This document shows, one piece after another, positions 63,398 through 64,000 of a DNA stretch of 64,000 nucleotides. This stretch comes from Octopus bimaculoides. Taxonomy: Eukaryota. Every line of letters starts with the position of its first letter. Position 1 is the first letter of the stretch. A program made the position numbers and the translations under genes. The notes beneath the pieces are model-generated. The model had not been told where the DNA came from. It searched no databases and saw nothing but the letters and a program-made list of their open reading frames with translations. The stretch lies in contig NC_068985.1 in the NCBI RefSeq assembly GCF_001194135.2, positions 48,401,948 to 48,465,947 of the forward strand, in the 5' to 3' direction.

Positions 63398-63424
63398 CAT
63401 ACACACGCACATACACACACACAC
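63305..63424. repeat. (CA)n microsatellite, representative of many (CA/TG)n and (TA)n tracts across the window
   Basis: Direct reading. Confidence 0.97.
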
Positions 63425-64000
63425 AGATTGGCTCATGTGTGCAGTACTGAACAGAATATTGAAAGTTAAACAACCAGATGTGACTCATGTCTCGTTGTTT
63501 AATACAAATTCAACCATGATGGCGTGGTAGAAACACTAGATAGAATTACCAGATCAGCTGTACTAGATAATAATACACATGTTACTATTCAGGGAATTCA
63601 GACATGCGCTGGTTTTATTATGGATAGTTTGTGATGGAATTAGGATATGTTACGTTGTTTCATTCGCGTGTGTTAGTGACAAGGGCGAGATCGGGTATTT
63701 AAAGACGCAACATGCAATTGTAAAAACTAACAGCCATATAATTGGAGTATGGTAAATATAGCATGCATCTACGCTATTTACAAGCAACGATCTCAAAGTC
63801 AACAAAGATGACTTTCTTACATAGATTTCTCTATTGATCTGAAATGTCAACTATGAACAAGGCGATTCAAATTTGTTTTGGTGATACGTTCACCAAGCTT
63901 CACATAGAGACACAAAAACATTTCATGGAATGAACACAAGATCAAAGTGGACACAATTCATCAATCAGTACTAATGTTACTCAAAGTCTACTTCTAATAA

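Noticed and set aside
1-64000. CRISPR arrays, operons or other prokaryotic systems
   Set aside because: No repeat-spacer periodicity and no gene-dense region; the sequence is eukaryotic repeat-rich DNA.

Overview
AT-rich eukaryotic (animal) draft-assembly DNA with 12 N-gaps, dense di-, tri- and tetranucleotide microsatellites, and no host protein-coding exon I can support. The repeat families look like those of an octopod cephalopod genome; this comes from my recollection of octopus SINE families, not a search. Nearly all long ORFs in the track are artefacts of microsatellites or N-runs. The recognisable content is transposon debris. There are about 17 copies of one tRNA-headed SINE, several with clear target-site duplications, plus four other tRNA-SINE families. 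There are at least six R4/Dong-type (restriction-like endonuclease) LINE relics, mostly bounded by (TAA)n/(GAA)n tracts. The rest is an internally deleted L1/Tx1 element, a CR1/L2-like 3' end, three Tc1/mariner relics and a Chapaev-like transposase relic. The most interesting signals: (i) Penelope-type minimal hammerhead ribozyme motifs, one forming the 3' part of a tRNA-headed SINE; (ii) strand-polarised stacks of retroelements inside triplet microsatellites; (iii) a near-perfect 29-bp hairpin inside one SINE copy, best explained by a local template switch; (iv) a composite inverted-plus-direct templated segment at a LINE 5' junction. All family assignments are by-eye motif recognition and need HMM/Dfam confirmation.
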